DNA from: Tubiluchus corallicola | Taxonomy: Eukaryota; Animalia; Priapulida | Direction: 5' to 3' | Assembly (NCBI GenBank): GCA_030141605.1 | Contig: JAQGDQ010000326.1 | Location: forward strand, 62,001-126,000 | Length of the DNA stretch: 64,000 nucleotides | In this document: positions 25,574 to 37,700 of the stretch, one piece after another | Layout of the letters: each line of letters opens with the position of its first letter | Position numbering within the stretch: the stretch's first letter is position 1 | The notes under the pieces: model-generated | What the model saw: the letters and a program-made list of their open reading frames with translations, nothing else | Database searches by the model: none | Told to the model about the DNA's origin: nothing | Position numbers and translations under genes: made by a program

Positions 25574-28500
25574 GAATAACTTCAAACATCATTTTTCCAT
25601 ATCTAGTGCTTTCTTGAATAAATCATCTAGAAACAAAAAAAAGTGATCTAGTTGGTAACTATGTGATATACTAGACAGGTACAGGTTAATATTCTTTCAT
25701 GCACATTTTAATGTATAAATAACCATGTTTATGCGAAACACTTTTACTGCCATTATATTGTAACTTTTTGCCTCTTCCAAGGTTATACTGGTTTTTACCA
25801 ATAAAGACTAGGCAACAGTTTATTTTCCTACAATCGTTGTATTATCATATATAGTCTAAAATCAAAACACTAGCTTCTCTGGTAAAAATGATTCTGCAAC
25901 CATGAAAGTGTCACACGTTGCAAACAATGAAAACAACAATAAACAACATACAGGTGTGTGCAGTGTTTGGTCAAATGCAAATAACCATTTAGTGGACAGG
26001 CTATGACCTTATACATAAAAAATATTTATACACAATTTTGCATATGTCAATCATACAGATTTCATTGGAAAAGTGTTCAGATTTAATCATATCTGCTTGT
26101 ACACGCAACCATGACGACTGTAAAACAGAATTGTAAAGGTAGGAAGAAATATCATTTGTGCAGGAATGTGGTTTACCAACGAGAACTAATTTGCCATTCC
26201 CATTTATCAGCTGAATTTTCCCCCACAAATACTCAACTAATTGTAGTCCTATTTTACAAGCAATATGTTTGCAGCGCTTTTTCTAATAATAATAATAATA
26301 ATTGAAAAACTGACAATAATTCAAAGAGTGCTTTAAAATGTGCTATAAGAAAGTCGTATAAGAATGGAATACGAAGGCTATAAGAATGAGTAAAAAACTC
26401 ATTGTACACTCTATATAATCTAAAAGTTCCTACAAAGATAATATAAAATGATAAAACAGGTAATTTGATAATGTAAAATAATGAAACGATATAAAAGTCA
26501 TAAAACTGCTGGATAGAGTAAAATTCCACAACTAAATACTTGCTGTCTTAAAATTTGTTTAAATCTTAAATGATGTTTCACGGCAGAGTGGTCATTCCAT
26601 CGTACTCGGAAACCGAGTGTGATGGAGTTAGTGAGTTAATGCTAACTCTGGTTGATTTCCTTTGCCATACTAATTTCAGTTGAATACCTCACAGACAAAC
26701 ATCTGAACGTGGCTCATATACCTCTGCTGGTTCAGTGGCTCATCTAGTGTCATCCTTGATAATGAGTCAGGTTCCAGTCTGATCATCTAAATCAGTAGAA
26801 GTGTAGGACTTGCCACTGAATGCCAGATTTCAGCAAGTTTTGCAGCATTCACATTGTATAAAAAAGGTGTAAATTGTATGCTTTTGTCGAGTAGAAATTA
26901 AACATCACGCTTACTTAGCATACGCACAACTGCAGAACCACTTACAGTCTTATACAGTATTGCAAAAATTGTTGCGTACCATTCTAAAAACACTAGATAT
27001 ATTTTTTGCTTTACAGTGTGCGTTTGCAATATGCACCTCAAGTTCTCCCATACTTCTTCCCATCAGGATTTTTTCTTCATGGCAATATCTCAGGTCTGAA
27101 CTCAGAATCTAGACAGAAAGCAAAACATTAATTTGACAATTAAGCTAAAGCTGTTCAATGTTATTTTCTTGACAGCAGTGAACTTGACAGCAGTTACCCA
27201 CCTATATGTTGACTAAAGAAAAAACAAAGCACAAACAACTGTTTAAAATTAAGAATATGTAGCTATAGTACACTGAGGAGGGTATTTAAGCCAAGTGGTC
27301 ACGTACAAGTGCTTCTTGTTCAAAATTGTGGCAGGTAGAAGCCTGTTCATAACCACTTGGGTTGAATACTCGCTTTGATCTCCAGCCATTTTTTTATTTT
27401 TGCTATTATGATTTTGGTTCTGGGTGTTTCCTTCGTTCAGGGGGTGATTAATTCCTCGCATTATATCTGTACCTGAAATGATCCAGAATCTATGATAATA
27501 AAAGCATGTAGCATCAGCGCCTAGGATTATCTCAAATATCTTTGAAGATGCTCCATAACAAGTCATTTTATTCAAAACTCAGCATTCATGTGACTGCTTT
27601 TTGATGACCAGAATAAGGTCGTGTAAAAACTTATTTTAAAGCACAAGAAAACACTTTTTGTACATTAAATTCTAAAAAAAATTATCTTGAAATTTATATT
27701 ACTTATATGCTGTCTTATTGCATACAGAACTTGCATCAGCAGTAACACTGTATAAACTTGATAATTTAAATTCCCGTGATGACAGTTAGGTATGCTATTT
27801 TAATGGCAAATTGTTTGAAATGTGTTTATATACCATTGAGTAGAGCTTGAAAAAACAATCAGAGCGTCCATAGTACTCTTCGGTAACTAAGCCAAAGTTT
27901 AAATTACTCTGTATTGTCAATAAGACAAATAATGTGGTTTTTAGTGAGCCAGTGATGCACACTGGGATGGTGCCGTTTTGTCAGTTAGCGTAAACATTTA
28001 AATTATTAAGAAGTTTCTTTTCCCATTACACAAGTCTTTCAAACAGATAAGTGTAATACCAAGTAATATAACTTTCTGTAGAAATTGTTTTGGGATATAC
28101 TTTAAAATTTCCCTTTCTTAACGTTTAAAGATTTTTGCAAATTAAACAAAGTGTCACAACCTAAACTGGAAGACACTCAACTCACAGAATAAACTTACCT
28201 TGAATTATACGTAAAGGTGAAGAAATCTCAAAAACATGATGTTAACAAAATAAAGTCAATCTTTTATTATACAAAAAAATACATTTTTCTTTTGTAATAA
28301 TTCTCAGTACAAAGGCAATTTGAAAGACATAGCACCATTTACAAACTATCGTATTCATATCAAAACGTTTGTGCATCACGATTACTGCTCACAACGAAAA
28401 GGCAGCACCTCATAAATGTCACTCATTTTTGCTGCAATAGATGGCATCGCACATTTGCATATCAATACTATGCAAAGACGTTTTCAAAATATCATGCCAC

Positions 28501-29464
28501 AATCCATTTAAATTGTTACTATCACATTAACTCAAAGGCACTTAAGGTACAGTAAAAACAAACTATGTAATCTAAATTACTTTTATATGTATTTCGTGGA
28601 AAACCAAACAAAAGACATTCTATTCTTGTACCTATGATATGAAGATGCAAACATTCGAAAGCTAAAAACAAAAACTTTGGCAAAAGCACCTACCTAATAC
28701 TTGTTAACGCAAGTTACTGCTTTTGTTTTTTTGGCACAACATGTAAACAAATTAGGTTTTTTACATATTCACTATAAGAAATATAAACACGATAAATTTA
28801 CCTTATACTACACCAAGACAAAATTCCACTCAATTCAGTAAATAGCACGAAGTTCACAATTTTAATGCTGTAGTGCATGTAACAAGAAAAAATCTGATCT
28901 ACTTCAACTTGGTTAAAAAACAACTCCAAGAGCCATTTAGCAAAAGCGACAATAATTAACCTAACTAACCTAAACTGCAATTAGAAATGAGAAGACTAAA
29001 GCACTCAAATCAAAATGGGTGAAAAAATAAACCTGTGGCAATAACATCATCCTAAAATGCTCTAGACACAAAGTCATCATTTAAGCCGTTGCAAAGCTTT
29101 GAATGCAAAAGGCGACGTATTTATATGATGATCATTACAGGCTGTAAGCTTTTAGATATAAATTTTTTCTAATCAGACAATCAGGTAACATTGAGTTAAC
29201 TAAATCACAAACTTGGAACTACATTATTACTACAATAAACTTAGAACTAAAGTGTAAACGGTAGCTTGCTGTAAGTGAGTAATATCAACAAGACTAAGAC
29301 TAGCAAAAAACCATTTGAATGGGATCAATGTAAAAAATTACATGCGTTCTAGTATTCCGATTTTACACCATCATTTTGAGCCATTTTCATGTTTTCCTAA
29401 TAAATTTTTGTTTTCTATTTCACAATTTAATGTTGAACGTTTCACACAAGGATTTAAGTTAGAT

Positions 29465-31725
29465 CTAATTACAGTTAGATGCATATTTACGCCAGATCTG
29501 AATAAATGTCATAGACATGCGGGCACATCTGTGTGGATTAAGCACCAAAACATGTCTGGACCACGACTGACTAATACGTTCAACTTCGAGAAATCCTTGG
29601 TCACCACTGACAATGATAAATGGAATCTTGGAAGGCAGCTTTACATTTAGTGCTCCCGCCTAAACAAATAATGAATCTGACAACTTCAAGCAATAATGCT
29701 ACAATGATAAAAACAGTTAGAATTTGTGAAGATGTGGAAATTCTGCATGGAGTGCAGTCAGAGGACCAGCATGAAAATGTCCTCAAAGGCTAAAAATCAA
29801 TAATTTCTTTTCCCACATTTATTTCCAGGTAATGCAACTACCTATAGGTGTACATGCACACCACTATTTAAATATTTGTGCAGAGAATAATATTTTTAAT
29901 CTAAGGATGACAAATACTTCAAAAAGATGCACACACTATTAGGAGAATTAGCACTTGCAGTGTAACAGAAACAATGTGATCTATCTGTGCTTAATTTCAA
30001 TCAGTACTCGAAACAAAAAACTAACTTTTATTCGATAAAAGAAAAATTGGATGTTAATGATTCAATATCAACACATTCCCAGTAACAATAATTTCATGAA
30101 TTGTCAGGACAGATATGTGCCAGCTGATACTTTGAAAAATACTTTTAATGGTTAATGGACACAGACTAAGTATTATATAATTAATACACAAAATAAGAGT
30201 TCCACATCAAACACAAATAATATATAATAAATTATATGACTTATATTAAATCAGGTGACAATTCTTTGTTCCATGAAAGCTGATTCTTAAGTTTAAAATC
30301 TTGAAAGCCACCAAACACCCAAAAAATACCAATCTTAAAACTTAATAAAAATTAATTCATTCAATGCGCTGGCCTTTGCAAGCATTTTAGGCTTTGTAGT
30401 GCAGCATGTCTTATTAAGAGCTATAAAAATTGCCCACCTTCAAAAACGAAACCATTAAGTCAACTAACTTAAGTTCTTCGAAAACCCATTACTCTACCTC
30501 ATCAAGTAGGTTAGAAAATTTTTTGAGTAAAAACACTTCTGAGTAGCACTTGAAAAAAAAGAGCAATATGACCACGGTCGAAATAGAAATACTTACAGCA
30601 GTGCAAATTGCAAAATCTGCAGCATCTTTGCGAAAACTGCATCTCTCGTGCAGTTTAAACATTCCTTTCCACTTCAGATCTTGAAAAATTGGACAACTGC
30701 AAAAAAGTTCACTATGATTTCCTGTAAAACCGACCAGGGGCAGTAACACGAGAATAAGATTACATTACATTTTGTGTGTGACAGACCAAGATTAATTCCT
30801 AGATTAAGATTAAGTTCTTTAACATAGCGCTAAGTGACCTTAAAGTGGTGTAGTGAACTATAGTGAGGCAAACTAATGCCAACCACACTTCTTTTTACTA
30901 TAGAGTGTTACCAAAGAAACAGTGCAGTAACCAGCTCTATATAAGGAAGTAAATATTACACTATACAAAAGCCTAGTAAGTGTGATCATACAAAGTTATA
31001 ATATGACATGAAAATTATAATAATGACAAAAAATAAATAAAAGATTACTTTTATGTCATTGTGCTGTATTAATTCAGAAATTCTAGGTCCATGCCAAAGA
31101 TCAAGCACCAAATATCGTATTACATTTGCTTTGTGTAAAAGCTTGTCATATTACCAATGTACTGTTTTTGGGACACCTCGTATTATCCAGGAAATACTCT
31201 TTTCAAGTGCATTCTTAAAACTAACTTGCAGTAAGTGAAGACTAAACCCAATAAAACGTAAAAACATTCTCTTATGTAGTGTGAGTAGTTAAAAGCAACA
31301 GCATTATGCTTAGTTTCCTCAATAGAGACTTGCAAACCAGGTTGGAGGTCACATTTGTCCATGTTTTCAGAACAGCTATTCACTACAAGCAAAGTCAGAA
31401 AAAATATTGTGCTAAGCTGCAGATCTCAAACAGGTCGGCACAGTTGTGACTGTGGCTTTTATACATATTATGTAGTAATGCAGACAACGAGAACTTGTTC
31501 TTAAAAAATAACAATAAGAGATGATACAGCCACTGTTAACATTTAAGATTTAGCGTTGAATCAAATAATCAGCTTGACAATCAACTAAATGATTAAGACT
31601 TACTTTACTGGCTCGTACCATGCATATTTACCACCATGAAAACCATACACAAATACAAAAGGTGGTAGTTGGGAGTCCAGTCGCTTGAAAAATGATCTAA
31701 TGTTGTCTAGGTCAACAAATATCAT
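29465..31725 (-). CDS. Last three exons of the ZNF451-like gene, encoding the PIN-like (NYN-fold) domain
   Basis: VDLDN, KDAADF and SGDQGF are collinear with the vertebrate ZNF451 C-terminal domain as I recall it (VDLDNW...RKDAADFAIC...IPFTILSGDQGF...ILNPH). Confidence 0.88.
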
Positions 31726-34700
31726 CTGAAAAGCATGAAAAACTATCAGTAAAAATTTGTGTGTAACGTTTGAAATGTCAAATTGCGGAAGTCCTATTTG
31801 TAATATTTCCACCTGTATTACAAAAATTTATGGTTAACTTAAAATTGCCTACCTACAAGCATTACAATGAATTCATGCACAATTACAATTTAAAACTTTT
31901 CGCACATTCCTTAAAAGTGGTTTGTACAGCATTCTGTACAATAGAAGACGAGTTAAAAGTCTGACATGAAGTTTGACAAAACACTCCAGCACCACTGCAA
32001 ATATGCTATTTTGTGCATTTAAGTTGTTTTTATTTGAATACATTTGGGGGTATACTGGATCCAGATGCCCAATCCGAACCGGATATCCGGATCCGATCAG
32101 CATCAGGGAAAAATTCACACCGAATCCAAAAATTCTAAACATATTATATTTCACTCATCAATTTTGTTTATCGTGCTTGTTATCAATGATGCCCCATAAT
32201 AATCGCTTACTAGCTGTAACTTATCAGCTTTTTATTGAGTAAGCCAATAAATTTTAATATAATATAGGAAACATAATGATGAAAAAATAAAATTTAAGAT
32301 CGCGATCACACATGATCAAACATTTAATGCTGAAACCTTTGCCTGCACGGTGTGTACGGACAAGTGACAGTAGGTTAAACAGTTTTGCTGCATTAAAGCA
32401 TATTATGCCTGGATGAGCATCACAATAAATTCGTTTAGTTATTTGACAAATTCCCCTAAATTATAAAGTTATATCTCGGAAAATGCTGGTAAGCAGCATA
32501 GTATAAAAAATTCAGACCTTTCAAAGGATTGATGTAAGACGGACCAGTATTAGCACAACTTAATATAGCAACCAAGTGAGACAATTCACTGCAATTTCTT
32601 AGCGTTGCCTTAGATCCGGGCCCAGAAAATCAGATTCAGTTCACGTCCAGATCTGGTGCACCCCTAAATATATTTGGGAGATTCATCGCTATGAAATAGA
32701 TTACAGAAGTGCCTACCAAGTAGCCCAATAAATGGGTATCGCTACAAAAATCAAACCTGTAGGCAAAACTTCTTTCTAATTACAAATGATAAAATCCATC
32801 TATTATCTACACTCACCATCTCAACATTCTCCAGTTGGAGGTCATCCAAAGGATTTTTTGCCCTTGCAGTAAATACTGGTTGCTGACTCGTTAAACTACT
32901 GGTAAAACATATTGCTTGGTTGGTAAAGCGGGTGTAATTGTCAAACCGATAACCCTAGAATTAATTTCTGACAACTTCAAAATTACAATCCCGTTTATCT
33001 TTTTGCAAAAAAAACAAGCGTAAGGCACTAAGATAAATAAAATCAAGATTAAAAAAATTAGAATTGGTTGGTAAGTCTTTAAAAAGTAATGACAGATCAG
33101 TGTAATTATTAATCACTTAGTAGCGATTATTTTACGTATTTACCCTGGAATATGCATTGATTTTTATAGAACTTATGACTAACTCATAAATGGCAAGAAA
33201 TTTAGGATAACTGCAGCTTAGGAAATACGTACAACATTCAGAAGTTTATAACTTGTGTAAAGCTGTCGATATTTAGGCAAGTGATTAGGCTATTCGAAAA
33301 GTTGTACTTTAAAAATGATAGCTCATATACACAAGTTATTTTGCTCGAAAAAATAAGTTTTGAAATCAGTTGTGCAGGACTTATAAATGTTGAACCTCTC
33401 TATTCTCTGTACACATCAGTCAAAAGCTTAGCCATAAACCATCTAAAAATGTAACAACTTTTGTACATTTAGTTTTTGTTGTTTAAGTTCTAAACAAGTA
33501 AGTGTTACCAAATGCTTCTTTTTAGCAAAAAGTTCATAAATACGTAAACCTGAAAACATTCATGCTATGTATATACTATCAAACAGTTAATGTTTACCTG
33601 ATTTTGAGCTTGACTTTGCACAACACGATGGATGTTACGATTATAATAATTTCCAGCACCATACCTATAAACATAAATTTTATAATAACATTATTGCTGG
33701 CATACTAAAACAACAATTAGGATCAACTCGTTGACCTGGAATAAATGGTCACATATGGCCATTCTTCTTTCACAAAACAGCTGATATGCAATTTATTAAC
33801 TAAGAAGCTCAAATACACAATAATGCTATGAAAAAACTAAAAGGTACAACAGAAGTAACTGATTTGAAAAAAGTGGTGCCAAAAGTTGAGGAAATTTAGA
33901 TCTCTGTGGGCTGAAAACTCACTTCTCTGCCTTAGTGAAGTGGTGTGCTCATCAGTTATGCTGGAACAAAAGCAACTGATTAATAAGGTGCGTATAATTT
34001 TGTGCGCTTGCAGAAAACAGAGCTAACTTGCATAAATTTTTTAATTATGTGAAAGTTCTTACCTGTTGGTGATTTCACTTTGCTTATACCTTGAATCCTG
34101 AAAAGACAATACTGTAAACGGTAAAATTTATGCAGGTTAGAAATATTTGTGAATTTTGCAAGAAAGGCCTAGTGCAAAAAATTCTAGATTGCAACAAGAT
34201 AACTTATTGCTCCTTGCTTGCATACTAACAGTTAGTGAACTGCAAATGAAAGGCACCACTTACTTTTGTCACTTCTTGAACTTTAGAAAGACAGTTTTGT
34301 TTTGATGTTAGTTGCTCTGCTGTTAATTAATTATACACCTAGACAATGAGCTAACATTTACATATGTATGTTTTGAAGTTCGCATTTGCAAAATTTATTT
34401 CTGGCTTACAATGTGACAATAATAGCCAAATGGAAAATTTGTAGAAATCAGAATAATAATATCACGCATGCTGGATATGTTAAAAAATGATAATTTCTAT
34501 TCATAATTACCACAGCATCTTGGGACTTCCCAATAACATCAACATTCCTCCAGTAATCCTTCCTGCAAAAAACAGAACGACTAATTTATGATTTCTGCTT
34601 CAAAACAATGATAAATAAAAATCGAAAACGAAAACAAGCTTCACCATTGAGATTATGAGTAAGTTTTCACATCTATTACAGATTAAGCCTAAGCTGACTG

Positions 34701-37700
34701 CATCCGTAAATGATGTAGCAAATTAGTCACAGCAGTATAGCGTGACATATGGATGAAGTAAATGTTCACCATTCATTAGTAGACTCTAAATTTGTCTGTT
34801 ATTAGCTATAGTGCACACATCTAATTGTAGTACTTACTTTAATGCAGTTTTAATCTAAAATCTTCCATTACAATAGTATTTTTAACTCTGTATTTCTCTA
34901 TCTTTACCTATCTCCAATTCTGTAGTATCAATGTTTTTATGTTCTTTCTTTGTTCTCCGCATACCCGGGTAGTTTACACAAATATATTCACTTTTTAAGT
35001 CATTTATTTCACATTACACATTTACAAAAGTTTCGTGTACAATATATGGTGAAAGGGCCTACAATGAACATAATACAAATACGTTTTTATTGTATCTGCA
35101 AAAGAAAAGCCTCACACAATGCTTGCCTATATACAAATGTAAATGTGTTACGGGAATTCAAAAAGCAGGGTATTAAGCACCCCATCTATATACTAGTTTT
35201 TTTAAGTTTTGATGTTCTTATAAACTGTAGTCCAACATTTATGTAATACGTGTATCTAATAAACTACCATAGTTGTACTGAGTAGCAGGTAATGATTTGC
35301 CAAGAAAATAACCTACCTAATTCCACCAGTAGTAGCCCGTAAACCAGTATTTTCAGATCTCTAAAATAGAAACACAATGTGAAATGTGATCAAGCTATTA
35401 TCCTGCTTTTTACGCATTAGAAAAATAAATCACAAAAGAAAATTAATATGTTGCAACTTTGAATATATTTTTACCTTACAAAGTGATGCTTGCTGATGAC
35501 TATCACGTATTGAACCATGGCTTTTCCACAAGTTTTGACTGCAAAATAAAGAAAATGGTACATATTGATTAAGTATTGCATAAATTGCATACAGGTTTAA
35601 GTAAATGTCAGACTGTCATTGTTTTAAAACTCAAATGCATTTGAAAACAATATTTTTGAAAAGGGTGCCCTTCTTAAAGTAACTAGATGTAATGGTTCTA
35701 TAATAGATTTTTTTATCTGAAGAATTATTTTGTGTAATTAGGTTCCTAGCGATAATCACATATCCCATAGTATCAGAATATATGGGGACCAAAAGCAAAA
35801 CTTTTAATACTGTTACGTGGGGCTGGGGCCTGGTGCATTCTGTTATTTTTTGTTCTCTTCAACTACTTGTGCCTTTTGTTAAGATGATTCTAACTAGGAA
35901 TTCAGCAAATTAATGCGAATAAAATTATTAATATTCTTAATCTACTAAACGTTGATGGTTTTGCTCAAAGAAAGATGTATAATGTTGACGATTATCAAAT
36001 AGAAAAGCTATATCACAGCATAATATGTTAGGAATGAAGAGGTCTTTATTCTTGCAGACATCATAATACTTACTGTGTTCTTGCCTGGCTTCCTGGGGTA
36101 GGTTTTGTAACATATGGCACTATTGAGGAGGACTGTGTCGTACTATAAGTAGAGACGGGTCTAATCAGAGCACTTGACAGTGACGTGGAAGACGTAACAG
36201 TACTAGAATTGGTAGTGGTTACTGCAGGAAACCTAGAAGACCCAAGTGATGCAAAAAAAGCTGGAATAAGGTTGGCTGCATTAGCTGCGACAGCCCTGGA
36301 GTCTGTTGATGGCAATGTCACTGCAGAAGGCACTGTGACAGTATTGGTACTGGCAGGATTAACAACTGCAACTGGCCTAGTTCCAGTAGTTTGTGCTGAT
36401 GAAGAAATAGATGCTCTGCTAGTAACTGAAGACGAGACAGACAAATTGCAAGTGGTAGTGACAGCGCATGACGCACTCGATACCGTAGCAGCAATATCTT
36501 CGAATCCAGTGCTATCCAAACAGATAATCGAATCTGCTGAAGGATACGTAAAACTGTCTCCAACAGAGTCTAATGTCGTCACGCTCATAGCAGTAGAGGG
36601 TTTACTAGCAGTTACTCTTGATCGACTAGCACAACTAGCAGCAGTAGTTGTAACTGCAGCAGCTGTCCGAGTCGGAAGGTTCTGCAATGTTGTGAATGTG
36701 TCACCCTGAACAGCAGAAGTGACACCAGCGCCTCTTCTTGGTGTGCTTGAAAACACAGGAACTGAGGAATCAGGAAGCTCATCCGATAATCGAGATTCAA
36801 TACAATCTACAGTACTGCTACCTAGAAAACAACAAAAATATGTTGTAAAACTCACGGCTTCTAAAAATATAAACCAGCTGATACAAGTTACAAATTTGTG
36901 GTACGGTATAACAAAATAAATTTTTAACAGTCCTTAAAAAGTGACAATTTGAAACAATTTTTTTTCACAGACGAACAGCACCAAAACTCACTGAAATTGG
37001 ACTAATTTACGACTTTTTCCATACTGCCGACCCTTTCTAGTTTAATCTGGCCCTTTTTTCAGTATGAGAGGTACACAACAACTATTCATCATCATCATTA
37101 GATCATAGTACAGAGATACAGTGAGAATCTTACAATCCACTGTAAGTTGAAACATTGTAACTCTGGTACTAAATGTAAAATACTCAAGAGCATTCTTGCA
37201 AATTGATATGTCACTTGTCATGATTATCAATGCACAAAAGTTCCACTGCAACAATAATTGGCTATATTTCTGCTACTAAGATGTGTCAGAAATTACCGCT
37301 TTCTGTGCAGAAGAAACCAAAAAGAACAGATAAAAACCGACAAAAACACAAGAGAAATGGTAATATCTAGTACTGCTGCCATTTGCAGCTCTGATGGCCA
37401 TGAACACATGTGGTACAATTTATGCTGGTTTCTTAATGGGAATGGTGTTGTGACTTTTCAAGAACTTTGTTCATTTTTGATTTATGATAATAAGTGGAAA
37501 GCTGATTAAATAAGAAAAATTATAACGACTAAAATATTAAAAATACTTTATTCCAAAGCAGTGCCCAGGGTGCACCAGAAGTTCATGTGATTTTGACAAA
37601 TTGTACTTAGGTTTATAAAACTGTTCACTATATTTGTTTTTATTGCAGGAACACTCTAGTGTGGACTTAAGAAGTTTCTGTTAGTCGCATCACAACACTC

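Noticed and set aside
26580-26820. Possible tRNA or tRNA-derived SINE (GGCAGAGTGG A-box-like)
   Set aside because: No convincing B-box or cloverleaf. It may be a decayed SINE, but the sequence alone does not support it.
31726-31852. Alternative upstream acceptors for the first PIN exon (31812, 31852)
   Set aside because: 31852 leads to a stop. 31812 adds intron-like T-rich sequence. The acceptor at 31725 has a better polypyrimidine tract and fits the domain boundary.
36185-36709. 174-aa plus-strand ORF rich in V/T/A
   Set aside because: It is the antisense shadow of the S/T-rich exon of the ZNF451-like gene.
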